A stretch of 64,000 bases of DNA from Spirochaetia bacterium (GCA_965198005.1 CBDAOI010000003.1:320001-384000), one strand, 5' to 3'; positions 10,935 through 20,232 are shown, counted from the first letter of the stretch. Numbers and translations are program-made. The notes: a model not told the origin generated them from the sequence alone.

Positions 10935-11068
10935 GTCCGGCGAGCGTGCCAGAGAAGGCGTCGCCCCGTCGCCCCGCAAGGCACGGGATACGCAGCCGGG
11001 GGGGTGCTTACGGGCCGCCCGGATTCCGGTTGTAGATGGCCACGCGGCGAGCTAACTTTAGCACCGAC

Positions 11069-12751
11069 GTGAGCAGCGCCGTTTCCCCCTCCGACTTCAT
11101 TCGCAAGGCGATTCGCCGGGACTTGGCCGCCGGCCGCTTCGACCGGGTCCAGACGCGCTGGCCGCCGGAGCCGAACGGCTACATCGGCCTCGGCCACGCC
11201 AAGGCGATCACCCTCAACTTCGACGTCGCCCGCGAGTTCGGCGGGTTCTGCAGCCTGCGCTTCGACGACACCAACCCGGAGCGCGAGAAGCTGGAGTACG
11301 TGCAGTCGATCAAGGAGGACATCCGCTGGCTCGGCTTCGACTGGGGCGAGCACGAGTACTACGCCTCCGACTACTACGAGCGGCTGTACGAGCTGGCCGA
11401 GCAACTGGTGGAACAGGGGGACGCCTACGTCGACAGCCTGTCGGCGGAACAGATCAGCGAGTACCGCGGGGTACCCACCCGTCCCGGCCGCGAGAGCCCG
11501 GACCGCAACCGGCCGCCGGCGGAGAGCCTGGACCTGCTGCGCCGCATGCGCGCGGGCGAGTTCGCCGACGGCGCCTACGTGCTGCGCGCCCGGATCGACA
11601 TGGCCTCACCCAACCTGAACCTGCGCGATCCGGTGATGTACCGCATCCGCCGCGCCCGCCACTACCGCACCGGCGACGCCTGGTGCATCTATCCGATGTA
11701 CGACTGGGCGCACGGCCAGAGCGACTCGATCGAAGGGGTCACCCACTCGCTGTGCTCACTGGAGTTCGAGAACAACCGCCCGCTGTACGACTGGTACCTG
11801 GACAAGCTGGGGATCTTCCGCTCGCGGCAGATCGAGTTCAACCACCTCAACGTGGCCTACGCCGTGCTGCACAAGCGCATCCTGCGCCGGCTGGTGGCCG
11901 ACGGCACGGTGCGCGGCTGGGACGACCCGCGCCTGCTGACGCTGCGCGGCCTGCGCCGGCGCGGCTTTACTCCAAGCGCCATCCGCGCGTTCGTGCGCAG
12001 CGTCGGCCTCACCAAGACCACGGTGCTGATCAGCTACGCGCAACTGGAGTACTACCTGCGCCAGGAGCTGAACCGGACCGTCACCCGGGTGATGGCGGTG
12101 CTGGACCCGTTGCGGGTGGTGGTCACCAACTACCCGGAGGGGCGGAGCGAGCAGGTGGAGGTCGAGAACAACCCCGAGGACGCGGGCGCCGGCACCCGGC
12201 TGCTGCCCTTCTCGCGCGAGCTGTTCATCGAACGCAACGACTTCATGGAGCAGGCGCCGCGCAAGTTCTTCCGCCTGTCACCGGGGCGCGAGGTGCGGCT
12301 CAAGGGCGCCTACTACATTACCTGCGACCAGGTGGTGAAGGATGACGCCGGACAGGTGACCGAGCTGCGCTGCAGCTACGATCCGGGTTCGCGCGGCGGC
12401 GGCACCGCGGACGGCCGGGTGGTGCGCGGCACCCTGCACTGGGTCTCGGCCGAGCACGCCGTGAACGTGGAGGTGCGGCTGTACGATCACCTGTTCACCA
12501 CCGAGCACATGAACGAGGTGGAGCACGAGCACCCGGACCGCCACCTCAACCCCGACTCGGAGGTGATCCTGCGCGGCTGTCAGGTGGAACCGGGGCTGGC
12601 ACAGGCCCGCCCGGAGCAGCTCTTCCAGTTTCTGCGCCACGGCTACTTCGTGGTCGACAACCGCGATTCCCGCCCCGGCGCGCCGGTGTTCAACCGCGCG
12701 GTCGGCCTGCGCGACACCTGGGCCAAGCTGCAACGCGCCGCCCGGCGCTGA
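11069..12751 (+). CDS. glnS: glutamine--tRNA ligase with atypical signature motifs
   Basis: PPEPNG, RFDDTNP, IYPMYD, THSLCSLEF, GWDDPRL, anticodon beta-barrel motifs. Confidence 0.93.
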   Translation: MSSAVSPSDFIRKAIRRDLAAGRFDRVQTRWPPEPNGYIGLGHAKAITLNFDVAREFGGFCSLRFDDTNPEREKLEYVQSIKEDIRWLGFDWGEHEYYASDYYERLYELAEQLVEQGDAYVDSLSAEQISEYRGVPTRPGRESPDRNRPPAESLDLLRRMRAGEFADGAYVLRARIDMASPNLNLRDPVMYRIRRARHYRTGDAWCIYPMYDWAHGQSDSIEGVTHSLCSLEFENNRPLYDWYLDKLGIFRSRQIEFNHLNVAYAVLHKRILRRLVADGTVRGWDDPRLLTLRGLRRRGFTPSAIRAFVRSVGLTKTTVLISYAQLEYYLRQELNRTVTRVMAVLDPLRVVVTNYPEGRSEQVEVENNPEDAGAGTRLLPFSRELFIERNDFMEQAPRKFFRLSPGREVRLKGAYYITCDQVVKDDAGQVTELRCSYDPGSRGGGTADGRVVRGTLHWVSAEHAVNVEVRLYDHLFTTEHMNEVEHEHPDRHLNPDSEVILRGCQVEPGLAQARPEQLFQFLRHGYFVVDNRDSRPGAPVFNRAVGLRDTWAKLQRAARR

Positions 12752-12967
12752 TTTTTCGGGCGTGTCCCAATGGATCGTCGAGATCGACGGCGACCGCGGC
12801 ATCACCGGGGTCGGCGAGGCGTGCACCGACATCGGCCAGTAGCAGCGCCAGCGACACTCTGGTGAGGATCTATTCGTTCTCTCGGCGGGCGATCGGGTCG
12901 AGGCAACTGGACTTCCGTTCCACGCTCGAGTACTCCTACTACTCCTACTGTCAAAAACGGTTCGCGG

Positions 12968-13873
12968 ATGACGCGCGAGACACTGCAACAGAGACTGGAT
13001 GAACTCAACGTCTGGAAGCGGGGTGATGAGCGCGCTCCCCACAAGCCCCTGCTGCTGCTGCTTGCCATGGGACGGGCGGTACGCGGAGAGGAGCGCCTCG
13101 TGTCCTTCCGCGAGATCGAAGCGCCGCTGACCGGTCTGCTGCGACACTTCGGCCCGCCGCGCCGTGCGTATCATCCGGAATTCCCGTTCCGGTATCTGGC
13201 CACCGACGGGCTCTGGGAAGTGCCCGGAGTCGCGTCCTGGAGCAAGAAGCACTTGCGCGATCGCGGCATCGAGGGCGGTCTCCCGGAGCCGCTGTATCGG
13301 TTGCTGGCAACGGACCCGGCCAGTGCCCGGCTCGCGGCCCGCAGGCTCCTGGATGCACATTTCCCCGTTTCCATGCACCAGCACATCTTGGAGGCCGTAG
13401 GGTTGTTGGGCACCGCCGAGCAGGAGGGGAGGGCGTCCCGGCGTCTCCGCGACCCGCGCTTCCGCGAGGCGGTTCTGACCGCTTACGAGCGCCGTTGTGC
13501 GGTCTGCGACTTCGATCTGCGCCTGAAGGATGACTTGCTGGGACTGGAAGCCGCGCACATCCAATGGCACTCCCACGGCGGCCCCGATCGCGTTACCAAC
13601 GGGCTGGCGCTGTGTACCTTTCATCATGGCGCTTTCGATCGCGGAGCAATCGGATTGGAGAGGGCCACGGAGGGGGCAGGCTACCGGCTCGTAGTGTCGC
13701 GAGAGGTTCACGGAACGAGCCCGGCGGTACGCTGGCTCCTGGACTATCACGACTGCCCGATACGTCTTCCTCAGGAGGGCCTCGGGGAACCCGCAGCTCA
13801 GTACGTTGCATGGCATACCAGGCAGGTATTCCGCGCCCCGCCTCGTGGCCGGGTTCACCCGCCCGCATGCTGA
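12968..13873 (+). CDS. SBD-HNH endonuclease (phosphorothioate-DNA-dependent restriction type)
   Basis: RAPHKPLLLL and PEFPFRYLATDGLWEV; CAVC, EAAHI, NGLALC..HH..FD. Confidence 0.8.
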   Translation: MTRETLQQRLDELNVWKRGDERAPHKPLLLLLAMGRAVRGEERLVSFREIEAPLTGLLRHFGPPRRAYHPEFPFRYLATDGLWEVPGVASWSKKHLRDRGIEGGLPEPLYRLLATDPASARLAARRLLDAHFPVSMHQHILEAVGLLGTAEQEGRASRRLRDPRFREAVLTAYERRCAVCDFDLRLKDDLLGLEAAHIQWHSHGGPDRVTNGLALCTFHHGAFDRGAIGLERATEGAGYRLVVSREVHGTSPAVRWLLDYHDCPIRLPQEGLGEPAAQYVAWHTRQVFRAPPRGRVHPPAC

Positions 13874-13984
13874 CTCGTCATCGTGTGCAACCGCACGGTG
13901 ACACGCGAGGATACCGAACACGGGAGGCGACGCACGCGGGGACAGGAACATACCAAGTTCTTGGCCCTGGAACTGCGGTTTGGT

Positions 13985-14554
13985 TCAGCCTGCCGGGGGC
14001 AGCGCCGCGCACCAGTCGGTAAGGGCGGCCGCGGTGCTGGGGAACGCCAACTCCGACCACGGAATGTCCGGGGCGGCAACCCAGCGCACCTCCTCGGCCT
14101 CGGGTCCCGGCCGCGCTTCGCCGGCCGCCAGCCGCGCGCGATAGACGATCAGCACCACGGGATTGCCGCGCGCGGAATAGACCCCCAGCAGCTCGCCCAG
14201 CGTGATCCGAACCCCGGCTTCCTCGAATGCCTCCCGCACCGCCGCCGCCGGCACCGGCTCGCCGCGGTCGACGTAGCCGCCGGGAAAGGTCCAGCGCCCG
14301 CGCGCCGGCTCGATGGCGCGGCGCAGCAGCAACACCCGCCGGTCACGCTCGACCACGGCGCCGGCGGCCACCTTGGGATCGGCATAGACCACGAACCCGC
14401 ACCGCGGGCACACCGGCAGGGTCTTCCCCTCCACCGCCCGGCGTACCAGCGGTGCCGCGCAGCGGCTGCAGAACGTGGCTGCGACCGCGTGGTGATGATC
14501 CTCGGGATGATGGTGCGGCTGGTGCGGGTTGCGCGGCGCGTGGTGCCGTGCCAC
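13985..14554 (-). CDS. NUDIX hydrolase with Zn-ribbon and His-rich N-terminus
   Basis: CSRC/CPRC; GGYVDRGE...AVREAFEEAG Nudix box. Confidence 0.9.
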   Translation of the reverse strand: MARHHAPRNPHQPHHHPEDHHHAVAATFCSRCAAPLVRRAVEGKTLPVCPRCGFVVYADPKVAAGAVVERDRRVLLLRRAIEPARGRWTFPGGYVDRGEPVPAAAVREAFEEAGVRITLGELLGVYSARGNPVVLIVYRARLAAGEARPGPEAEEVRWVAAPDIPWSELAFPSTAAALTDWCAALPPAG

Positions 14555-14633
14555 GAGTTCCGATTCTACCGGCTTGCTTCCCCACTGTCGCCCGGTGGGG
14601 TGGGGTTCCCCACGCGGGCGACAGTGAGATGGG

Positions 14634-15038
14634 CTACGACGCCCGCTTGGCGGCTGCGGGATCCTTGTCGGCGGCCGCGGCGTCTTCGCCGCTGCCGTTG
14701 GCGTCGGCCCGGCGCTGCGGCTGGAACTCCACGTGCTCGGCGACGATCATCACCTTCGAGCGGGCGTTGCCGTCGCCGTCCTGCCAGCGGTCCTGCTTCA
14801 GGCGGCCCACCACGCGCACGCCCCGCCCCTTCTTGAGGTAGTCGCTGCACACGGTCGCCAGCTTGCCCCAGGCCGTGGTTTCGATGAAGGAGACCTCCTC
14901 CTGGCGCTCCTCCTCCACCTTGTAGGAACGGTTCGACGCCACCACCAGGGTGCACACCGGCGTCCCCTTGGGGGTGAAGCGCAGGTCGGGGTCACGACAC
15001 AAGTTGCCTTCCAGCAACACGGAATTGAGATTGTTCAC
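14634..15038 (-). CDS. ssb: single-stranded DNA-binding protein
   Basis: NSVLLEGNLCRDP, KKGRGVRVVGRL OB-fold. Confidence 0.9.
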   Translation of the reverse strand: MNNLNSVLLEGNLCRDPDLRFTPKGTPVCTLVVASNRSYKVEEERQEEVSFIETTAWGKLATVCSDYLKKGRGVRVVGRLKQDRWQDGDGNARSKVMIVAEHVEFQPQRRADANGSGEDAAAADKDPAAAKRAS

Positions 15039-15176
15039 AATGCCCTCCAGACAGTGTTCTTGCGGCAGCCGCGCCGCGGGCGCTGCTCCGCTCTACCCCT
15101 ACTCAACCGCGGCCGTTCGCTGCCGCTTCAAAGCAGACGCCGGGCTGGCCGGCGCTGCCGCGCACACCGCCGAGCT

Positions 15177-15300
15177 ATGCCGCTGACCCGCATGCACGCC
15201 GAGCTGCTCAGCCCGATCGCCGCGAACCGCAGCCCGGAGAAGCACGTCGCGGGGGCGACCGTTCTGCACTGCGCCGATGATACGCACCGCGATCAAGCGC
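15177..15300 (+). pseudogene. N-terminal fragment of a nucleotidyltransferase-like protein
   Basis: MPLTRMHAELL...NRSPEKHVAGATVLH; resemblance only. Confidence 0.35.
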
Positions 15301-15490
15301 CGCTGGCGTGGGGGCGTGGGCGGGTAATCTTGTCCTGTCCGCTGGGCTATATTGGGTCGATGGATCATTCTGGCCCATTGCTGGGGCAGCGGGGCACGCC
15401 GTGCCAGGCCCACGCCGGAACTGATCCGGAGTCTATATTTGCCGGTACATAAAGGAATTGATACGGGTCGGCGGTGGCCGCCGTGCGGCT

Positions 15491-15506
15491 TGGCACGGTT
15501 CCTGCT
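15491..15506 (+). promoter_or_regulatory. sigma54 (-24/-12) promoter of hsp20
   Basis: TGGCACGGTTCCTGCT with GG-N10-GC spacing. Confidence 0.7.
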
Positions 15507-15547
15507 TTGAGGTTGGCAGAAACTATTTCCTATTCAGGAGGACTGAC

Positions 15548-15967
15548 ATGAGAAGCCTTGTTACCTATCAACCGTCGGCCGCGAGCATCGATCGCTGGTT
15601 CGATTCGCTGTTCGGCGAGTGGGCGCGGCCCAGCGTCGCGGTGTGCGCCCCCACGGTGGACATCCGCGAGGAGCAGGATGCCTATCGCCTGGAGGCGGAG
15701 TTGCCCGGACTGACCGAGAAGGACTTCGCGGTCGACGTCGAGCAGAACCTGCTCACCATCGCGTCTCGCAAGGAGACGGCCACCGAGGATGAGCGCGACG
15801 GGTACGTCATCCGCGAGCGCCGGCGCGGCGCGTTCAAGCGCTCGTTCGTGCTGCCCCGGCACGTCGACACCGACAACATCGGCGCGCAGTTCAAGCACGG
15901 CGTGCTGACCCTGGTCGTGCCCAAGGCCGCGCAGGCGCAACGCAAGGAGATCCCGGTCAAGGCGTAA
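15548..15967 (+). CDS. Hsp20/alpha-crystallin small heat shock protein
   Basis: VDIRE, AELPG, FKRSFVLP, AQFKHGVLTL; RBS aggagg. Confidence 0.95.
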   Translation: MRSLVTYQPSAASIDRWFDSLFGEWARPSVAVCAPTVDIREEQDAYRLEAELPGLTEKDFAVDVEQNLLTIASRKETATEDERDGYVIRERRRGAFKRSFVLPRHVDTDNIGAQFKHGVLTLVVPKAAQAQRKEIPVKA

Positions 15968-16000
15968 CCGCCGCCACCAGACCGACTCGAACCCCCAACC

Positions 16001-16028
16001 GGCCCCGCCAGCGCGCGGGGCCTTTTTT
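16001..16028 (+). terminator. intrinsic terminator
   Basis: ggccccgc-cagcgc-gcggggcc followed by T6. Confidence 0.85.
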
Positions 16029-16035
16029 GCGGCAG

Positions 16036-16057
16036 TCCAGGCGCTTCCCACGTGGCG
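16036..16057 (+). repeat. 22-bp direct repeat, left copy
   Basis: tccaggcgcttcccacgtggcg, identical to 17653-17674. Confidence 0.95.
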
Positions 16058-16072
16058 TGGCGGATCGCGTTT

Positions 16073-17437
16073 CTACTCCACGTCACAGTCAAATAGACTC
16101 ATGCTTTGGTCAAACGAGCCTCTGGCCAAGTGCTCACGAACCAGTTCTACCGACCACGGATCCTTGAGCGTCTTTCTTCTTACGTCCTCTGCGAGCTTCT
16201 CTACGGTCGCGAACTTTCCGCTGAGCGACGTGCCCTTCCTCTCGAAAAACTCGGATCTGCTGAGAACGACCGACACGTCGTTGGTGGGAGCCCGCCATTC
16301 GTAGACGATTGCAACATGCTTCGACGTGCTTCTTCCGTTGTCAAAATAGACCGCCCCGATAGGAACGAGGTCAGAGCCCCTGATCTGTAATCGAAGTTCC
16401 TCTTCGAGCTCCCGTATGGCGCAACGAATAATAGGGTCACCGTTTGCCGCATCTTCGCGTCGAACATGTCCGCCAGCCCAAAGGACGACCTTATTGTGCA
16501 GGGGATTATCACTCGTTCTTTCGCGACGACGAAGACGAAGCACCTCACCGCTGGCATTCCGCACGACCACTATCGGAATCGGTTGGATCCTCGAGGTGTC
16601 GGCCTCCACTTGATCTCGCGGCATGAAATCGGAGTCGCCATGGCGAAGCAACTGGCCAGCGCGATCACTGGAGATGAAGTTCCTATCCGCGAATGTACGA
16701 GTCACGAGACTCCTTGGATATGACAGTATTTCTTCATCGATGTGTTCCTCGATCAATCCAATAACGAGTTCCGCAACTACTTCTGCTGTCCTCTTGGGAT
16801 CGTCCTTTGTTTCTCCCTCGGAGGTATTGATTTCATATATCCGGAAGTCCTTGCTTAGCTGGGCGGCGCGTTGCCGGTTGATGTTCTGTATCTGCTGCAG
16901 GATATCGACGTTCATGATCGAGCCGCCCTTGCCAACCACAGGAAGCACACCCTGTTCACGCTTCATGGCATCGGATGGCGAGGCAATCATCACAAAAACA
17001 GCGGATATTCGTTTCCTCCAGTCATCAATCGAAAGAAATCTCTGAATGACCTCTCGGTCCTCTGTGCGGATTCGAGATATCCGTTCCATCATGGTCAACC
17101 AGCAAATGGAGTCGAATAACCCGCGGTCCAAGAACAGTATCTGGGGATCGTCCGATCGTGGCGGGTTTTGCGTCTTCTCCAAGATCTGGGCAAGAGTCGT
17201 GCACAACGTCCAGATGTTGAAATTGGAATGCTTCTTGTCGCGAATAGGACAGACGGACGCTCGTTCGACCATGACGTCAGTTCGAAACCCGCATCGCTTC
17301 AGAAACGCCTGTACCTGCGTGAGTGTGCTTGTCTTGCCCGCCTTGGGTACTCCCGCGAATTCGATCACCAAGGGTTTTCGCGCCTTCTCGGGGAATTGCA
17401 GAGCCGCTCGTTCGGCGCGTTCCTGGAGATTGGACAT
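16073..17437 (-). CDS. P-loop nucleotide kinase (dTMP kinase-like)-NUDIX fusion
   Basis: IEFAGVPKAGKTS, FLDRGLFD; GGHV...AIRELEEEL Nudix box; visibly less GC-rich than neighbours. Confidence 0.85.
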   Translation of the reverse strand: MSNLQERAERAALQFPEKARKPLVIEFAGVPKAGKTSTLTQVQAFLKRCGFRTDVMVERASVCPIRDKKHSNFNIWTLCTTLAQILEKTQNPPRSDDPQILFLDRGLFDSICWLTMMERISRIRTEDREVIQRFLSIDDWRKRISAVFVMIASPSDAMKREQGVLPVVGKGGSIMNVDILQQIQNINRQRAAQLSKDFRIYEINTSEGETKDDPKRTAEVVAELVIGLIEEHIDEEILSYPRSLVTRTFADRNFISSDRAGQLLRHGDSDFMPRDQVEADTSRIQPIPIVVVRNASGEVLRLRRRERTSDNPLHNKVVLWAGGHVRREDAANGDPIIRCAIRELEEELRLQIRGSDLVPIGAVYFDNGRSTSKHVAIVYEWRAPTNDVSVVLSRSEFFERKGTSLSGKFATVEKLAEDVRRKTLKDPWSVELVREHLARGSFDQSMSLFDCDVE

Positions 17438-17607
17438 CAGGCGGTGAGGTGCTTGCCCGGAATGCGGGTGCCCTCGTACTCGGCGTCGGGGTCGCGTTCG
17501 GCGATGGCGGGCGGGGCGTCGCCCTCCCGGTAGTCGGGCACCGGGTCGGGGCGGCCGCGCCGCAGCACTGGCGGGTCGCGCGGCGTCCGCGCAGTTTCCA
17601 GAGTCAT
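17437..17607 (-). CDS. 56-aa leader ORF translationally coupled (TGATG) to the kinase-NUDIX gene
   Basis: TATCCT 6 nt before ATG; stop overlaps the next ATG. Confidence 0.5.
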   Translation of the reverse strand: MTLETARTPRDPPVLRRGRPDPVPDYREGDAPPAIAERDPDAEYEGTRIPGKHLTA

Positions 17608-17652
17608 GCGCCGAGGATAGCACGAGTTCCGCCGCCGTCGACCATCCCCCCT

Positions 17653-17674
17653 TCCAGGCGCTTCCCACGTGGCG
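17653..17674 (+). repeat. 22-bp direct repeat, right copy
   Basis: identical to 16036-16057. Confidence 0.95.
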
Positions 17675-17700
17675 GCTGCCCGGTGCATGGTCAGTACGTC

Positions 17701-19011
17701 ATGCGGCGGGAAACGATACTCAACATGGAGGGGGCGCGCATCAAGTTCGGGTCGGGCGCGACCCGCGAGCTGGGGTTCGAGCTGCGGGCGCTCGGGGTGC
17801 GGCGCGCGCTGCTGGTAACCGATCCGGTGATGGCCGGGCTCGAGCCCGTGGCGGTGGCGCGGGAGTCGCTGCGCGCCGCCGGCATCGACGCGGTGGTGTA
17901 CGACCGGACCAGAGTGGAGCCGAGCGACGCCTCGTTCCAGGACGCGATTGCGACCGCGGTGGCGGGCCGGTTCGACGGCTTCGTCGCGGTCGGCGGCGGC
18001 TCCAGCATCGACACGGCCAAGGCGGCCAACCTGTACAGCACGCATCCGGCCGATTTCCTGGCGTACGTCAACCCGCCCATCGGCCGGGGCGAGCCGGTGC
18101 CCGGTGCGCTCAGGCCGCTGGTGGCCGTGCCCACCACCGCCGGCACCGGCAGCGAGACCACCGGGGTGGCGATTTTCGACTACCTCGAGCTGGGCGCCAA
18201 GACCGGCATCGCACACCGCGCCCTGCGGCCCGACCTGGGGATCGTCGATCCCGACAACACCCGCACCCTGCCGCCGGTGGCGATTGCCAGCACCGGTCTG
18301 GACGTGCTGTGTCATGCCATCGAGTCGTACACCGCGCTGCCCTTCACGGCGCGCGCGGCGCCGGGCGATCCCGCCCTGCGGCCCGCGTACCAGGGCGCCA
18401 ACCCGATCAGCGATCTCTGGGCGCGGCGGGCGATCGAGCTGGTGGCGCGCTTCCTGCAGCGCGCGCTGCGCGACCCGGACGACGCCGAGGCGCGCAGCGC
18501 GATGCTGCTGGCCGCCACCTGTGCCGGGTACGGCTTCGGCAACGCCGGCGTGCACCTGCCGCACGGCATGTCCTATCCCGTCTCCAGCATGGTCGCCGGC
18601 GGCGCCGGCGGCGGGGACGCGCACCCCGGCGGCTACTTCCCGGCGGGCTATCCGAACGACCACCCGATGGTCCCGCACGGCATGTCGGTGATCCTCAACG
18701 CCCCCGCGGTGTTCCGCTTTACCGGCTGCGCCGACCCGCGGCGGCACCTGGAAGCCGCCCGGCTGTTGGGCGCCGAGGTGAGCGCCGTGCCGGAGGTGGA
18801 CGCCGGCGCCGCGCTGGCCGACGCCATCATCGCGCTGATGCGCGCGGTGGGCATGCCGTCCGGACTGGAGGCGGTGGGCCTGGCGCGCACCCACGTCCCG
18901 GCGCTGGTCGCCGGCACCCTGCCGCAGCACCGCGTCACCAAGCTGGCGCCGCGGCCGGCCACGGAGGCGGACCTGGAGGCGCTGTTCGCTGACGCGCTCC
19001 GCTACTGGTAA
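17701..19011 (+). CDS. hydroxyacid-oxoacid transhydrogenase (Fe-ADH family)
   Basis: GGGSSIDTAK, PTTAGTGSE, RPAYQGANPISD, GVHLPHGMSYP. Confidence 0.9.
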   Translation: MRRETILNMEGARIKFGSGATRELGFELRALGVRRALLVTDPVMAGLEPVAVARESLRAAGIDAVVYDRTRVEPSDASFQDAIATAVAGRFDGFVAVGGGSSIDTAKAANLYSTHPADFLAYVNPPIGRGEPVPGALRPLVAVPTTAGTGSETTGVAIFDYLELGAKTGIAHRALRPDLGIVDPDNTRTLPPVAIASTGLDVLCHAIESYTALPFTARAAPGDPALRPAYQGANPISDLWARRAIELVARFLQRALRDPDDAEARSAMLLAATCAGYGFGNAGVHLPHGMSYPVSSMVAGGAGGGDAHPGGYFPAGYPNDHPMVPHGMSVILNAPAVFRFTGCADPRRHLEAARLLGAEVSAVPEVDAGAALADAIIALMRAVGMPSGLEAVGLARTHVPALVAGTLPQHRVTKLAPRPATEADLEALFADALRYW

Positions 19012-19068
19012 CCACCATAGCCACCACCTCCAGCTTGTCCCGCCGCCGCGCTCGGTGATCCGTTACCG

Positions 19069-20232
19069 TTACCGGGTTTCCGCCCGCGCCACCTCCGCCA
19101 GCAGCGCGTCGTAGTCTGCGCTCACGCTACGCCACGAGAACCGCTCCATCGCCGCCGCCAGGCCGGCCGGGGCCACGACCGGGGGCGCGGCCAGCAACGC
19201 GCGCAGTCGGGCGGCCAGCTCGCTCTCGTCCCGGTACAGGCAGGCGGCGTGATGGCGCGCCGGAATCACCTCCGGGTACGCCAAGCGGTGCGGCAGCAGC
19301 GGGAAGTTGCCGGCCGCTACCGCCTCCACCACGGCGATGCCGAAGTTCTCCTGGAGCGCGGTCGAGACCACCACTGCCCCCCGGCGCAGCCAATCCCAGT
19401 ACGCGGCCCGATCCGGCTCGTAGCCGTACCGAACCAGGCGCGAGCCGAGCCACTCCCGCGCCTCGATGAACTCCCGCGGCACCGCCTGGAAGTTCTCGCC
19501 CAGCAGCGCCACCCGAAACGGCACGCCCGCCGCAGCCACCCGCCGCAGCGCCGCGAACAACAGCTCCGGCTGCTTGTCGAACTCCCAGCGGTGGTTCCAG
19601 ATCACCAGGGGCGGGTCGGCCGGCGCCCCGGGTCGGGCGCCACCGGCCGGCGCCGGCGGCGGCAGCCGGCACCCCGGGTGGAGCACGCGCGCCTTGGCCG
19701 CCAGCGCAGCCGGCACCCAGCGCGGCACGTAGTCGGGCATCTGCCGCAGAAACCGGGGCAGCGCCGCGAAGAAGGAGGCGCGGTGGAACTCCGAGTTGAA
19801 CACGATCACGGTAGCGGCCAGCGCCGAGCTGACGTCGGTGAACCCGAACTGCAGGTCGACCTGCCCGCCCGGCGGCACCGGGTAGCTGAGCTGGTTCTCG
19901 TGCAGGTAGAGCACGATCGGCGGGCAGCGCACCCCCCACAGCGCCTTGAGGTCGGCGGCACTCATCAGGTCGGAGAGCAGCAGGATGTCATACCGCTCGG
20001 GGCGCGTGACGGTGTGCGCGAAGTGGAGGGCGGCGCCGCGCATGCGCCACTTCCAGAACCGCGCCGGCAGCGTGCGCAGCTCGAGCCGGTGGCGCGAGTG
20101 CGCCACCAGGCCGTCGGCGAACGCACGGTGCGAGCCGCCGTAGAACGGCTCCAGAAACAGCACCCGCAGTTGGTCGTCGTCCCGGCGGCCCGACCCGCAG
20201 CCCGAGCTGCGCGCGCGTTGCCCCACCGGCAA
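19069..20232 (-). CDS. DUF3524/GTDC1-like GT-B glycosyltransferase
   Basis: LEPFYGGSH, LPARFWKWRMRG, HENQL.YP, WNHRWEFDK, ENFGIAVVEA. Confidence 0.88.
   Translation of the reverse strand: MPVGQRARSSGCGSGRRDDDQLRVLFLEPFYGGSHRAFADGLVAHSRHRLELRTLPARFWKWRMRGAALHFAHTVTRPERYDILLLSDLMSAADLKALWGVRCPPIVLYLHENQLSYPVPPGGQVDLQFGFTDVSSALAATVIVFNSEFHRASFFAALPRFLRQMPDYVPRWVPAALAAKARVLHPGCRLPPPAPAGGARPGAPADPPLVIWNHRWEFDKQPELLFAALRRVAAAGVPFRVALLGENFQAVPREFIEAREWLGSRLVRYGYEPDRAAYWDWLRRGAVVVSTALQENFGIAVVEAVAAGNFPLLPHRLAYPEVIPARHHAACLYRDESELAARLRALLAAPPVVAPAGLAAAMERFSWRSVSADYDALLAEVARAETR

Noticed and set aside
10979-10994. Possible sigma54 site upstream of glnS (AGGCACGGGATACGCA)
   Set aside because: Both half-sites deviate from consensus; a -10 next to the GTG explains expression better
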